A stretch of DNA of 64,000 bases, from the NCBI GenBank assembly GCA_965112155.1, contig OZ218098.1. One strand, written 5' to 3'. Of the stretch, positions 62,925-64,000 are shown piece by piece. Source of the stretch: Podarcis liolepis (Eukaryota). Position 1 is the stretch's first letter, and every line of letters begins with the position of its first letter. The notes under the pieces are model-generated. The model had not been told where the DNA came from. It worked only from the letters and a program-made list of their open reading frames with translations, and did no database searches. The translations under genes were made by a program, and so were the position numbers.

Positions 62925-64000
62925 CTAAAATCTTGTTGGAGTCAATGAAATAAGTTAATCCTAGTTCTGTACCTGGAATACTGGGATGTCTACAGGTATA
63001 TGCATAGTCAGTTATCAGTGTTCACCATCCATCAAGGATAGAAACCTCCACCCAAATTATGCATTGGAAAATGCCTTTGTACCCTACTATCCATGGCATG
63101 CAAACTTCCATTCAGCAAAAGCTCAAAATACCTTCCTCTCTCCCCCTCCCTCTGTCCCAAGAAATGCTCTTCCTTAGATGATCAAACCTTTAAGAGTTTT
63201 CTCCTCTAAGCTGTCAGTGTCTAGATTCAGATTGCTCCATGCTATTTATGGCTATAAACAATCCTCCTCTCTTTATAATAAACCACATATTCTTCAAATC
63301 CAACATCAGGTTTATTCCTAACTCACCCTTGTATAAGTTGTCCCATGACATGCTGTGACTCAAACTAGCTAAAAACCCAAACATGTGTTCCTGCTGCGCA
63401 CATGTAATCACAGACATATGTGGACGAGGACATGCAGTAACAATCCAGGTTTATACCACAGTTTATTTCACACTGTCATCAGTAATGGATATTCCTAGGA
63501 TCTGGACCTCAGTTGCCTGTGATCTGGAAGTGATTGATGAAAATGGAATTCTATTGCAGCCCAGAGCTGATAAACATTTCATCTGCAGTACTCAGAATAA
63601 TAGCCATTAGAGGATTCCAAAACCGTAATGCTCCTGGCAAGACTATGTATATGCTGAGCTTCTTGGATAGTAGCCATTTGATAACCGTATGTTCTTTACA
63701 TTCATCTGGTCTGGGGGGGTTTAACCTTGCAGTCACCAATGGTCTTTGCCATTACTGTAAATGTCATTACAACAACTGTTAAGGAGCTTCTAAGGACAAA
63801 TGTTTTAGTTGCTTAAACCCTGCATCTTATCATCACGGACCACACCATTTGTAAAGGAACAAGGTTGCTAGAGATGGAAGAATATTCAGGAAAATCCTAG
63901 GGGCTTTTTAAAAATCAAAGGGATCTGTTGTCCCTCTTAAAAACAAAAAAATCTGATCCAGCAAGTGAGTGAGTGCTTCCTTCCACCACCAAATGTTTCT

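Noticed and set aside
1-64000. CRISPR arrays, rRNA, tRNA or prokaryotic defence systems
   Set aside because: The sequence is intron-rich vertebrate DNA. tRNA-like boxes belong to SINE heads, and no regularly spaced repeat-spacer array was seen.

Overview
Vertebrate genomic DNA, very probably from a squamate (lacertid-like lizard), judging by the Sauria/Squam SINEs, BovB, L2 and CR1 repeats. Four spliced protein-coding genes could be reconstructed exon by exon with consistent reading frames. (1) A 5-exon secreted olfactomedin-4-like gene (+, 2700-9663) is intact except for one in-frame TAG at a conserved Trp codon in the last exon. (2) BCS1L (-, 7 coding exons, 419 aa). (3) ZNF142 (+, 8 coding exons, about 2013 aa) lies head-to-head with BCS1L and needs two GC-AG introns. 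(4) PLCD4 (-, 15 coding exons, 761 aa) contains a U12-type AT-AC intron. The PLCD4-ZNF142-BCS1L order matches the known human 2q35 block, whereas the OLFM4-like gene sits where mammals have none. Introns and intergenic DNA carry solo LTRs and hAT MITEs with intact target-site duplications, Tc1/mariner-type MITEs, SINEs, LINE fragments and microsatellites. The most notable item is the OLFM4-like paralogue with its amber-at-Trp codon. Repeat family names are from recognition, not from a database search.
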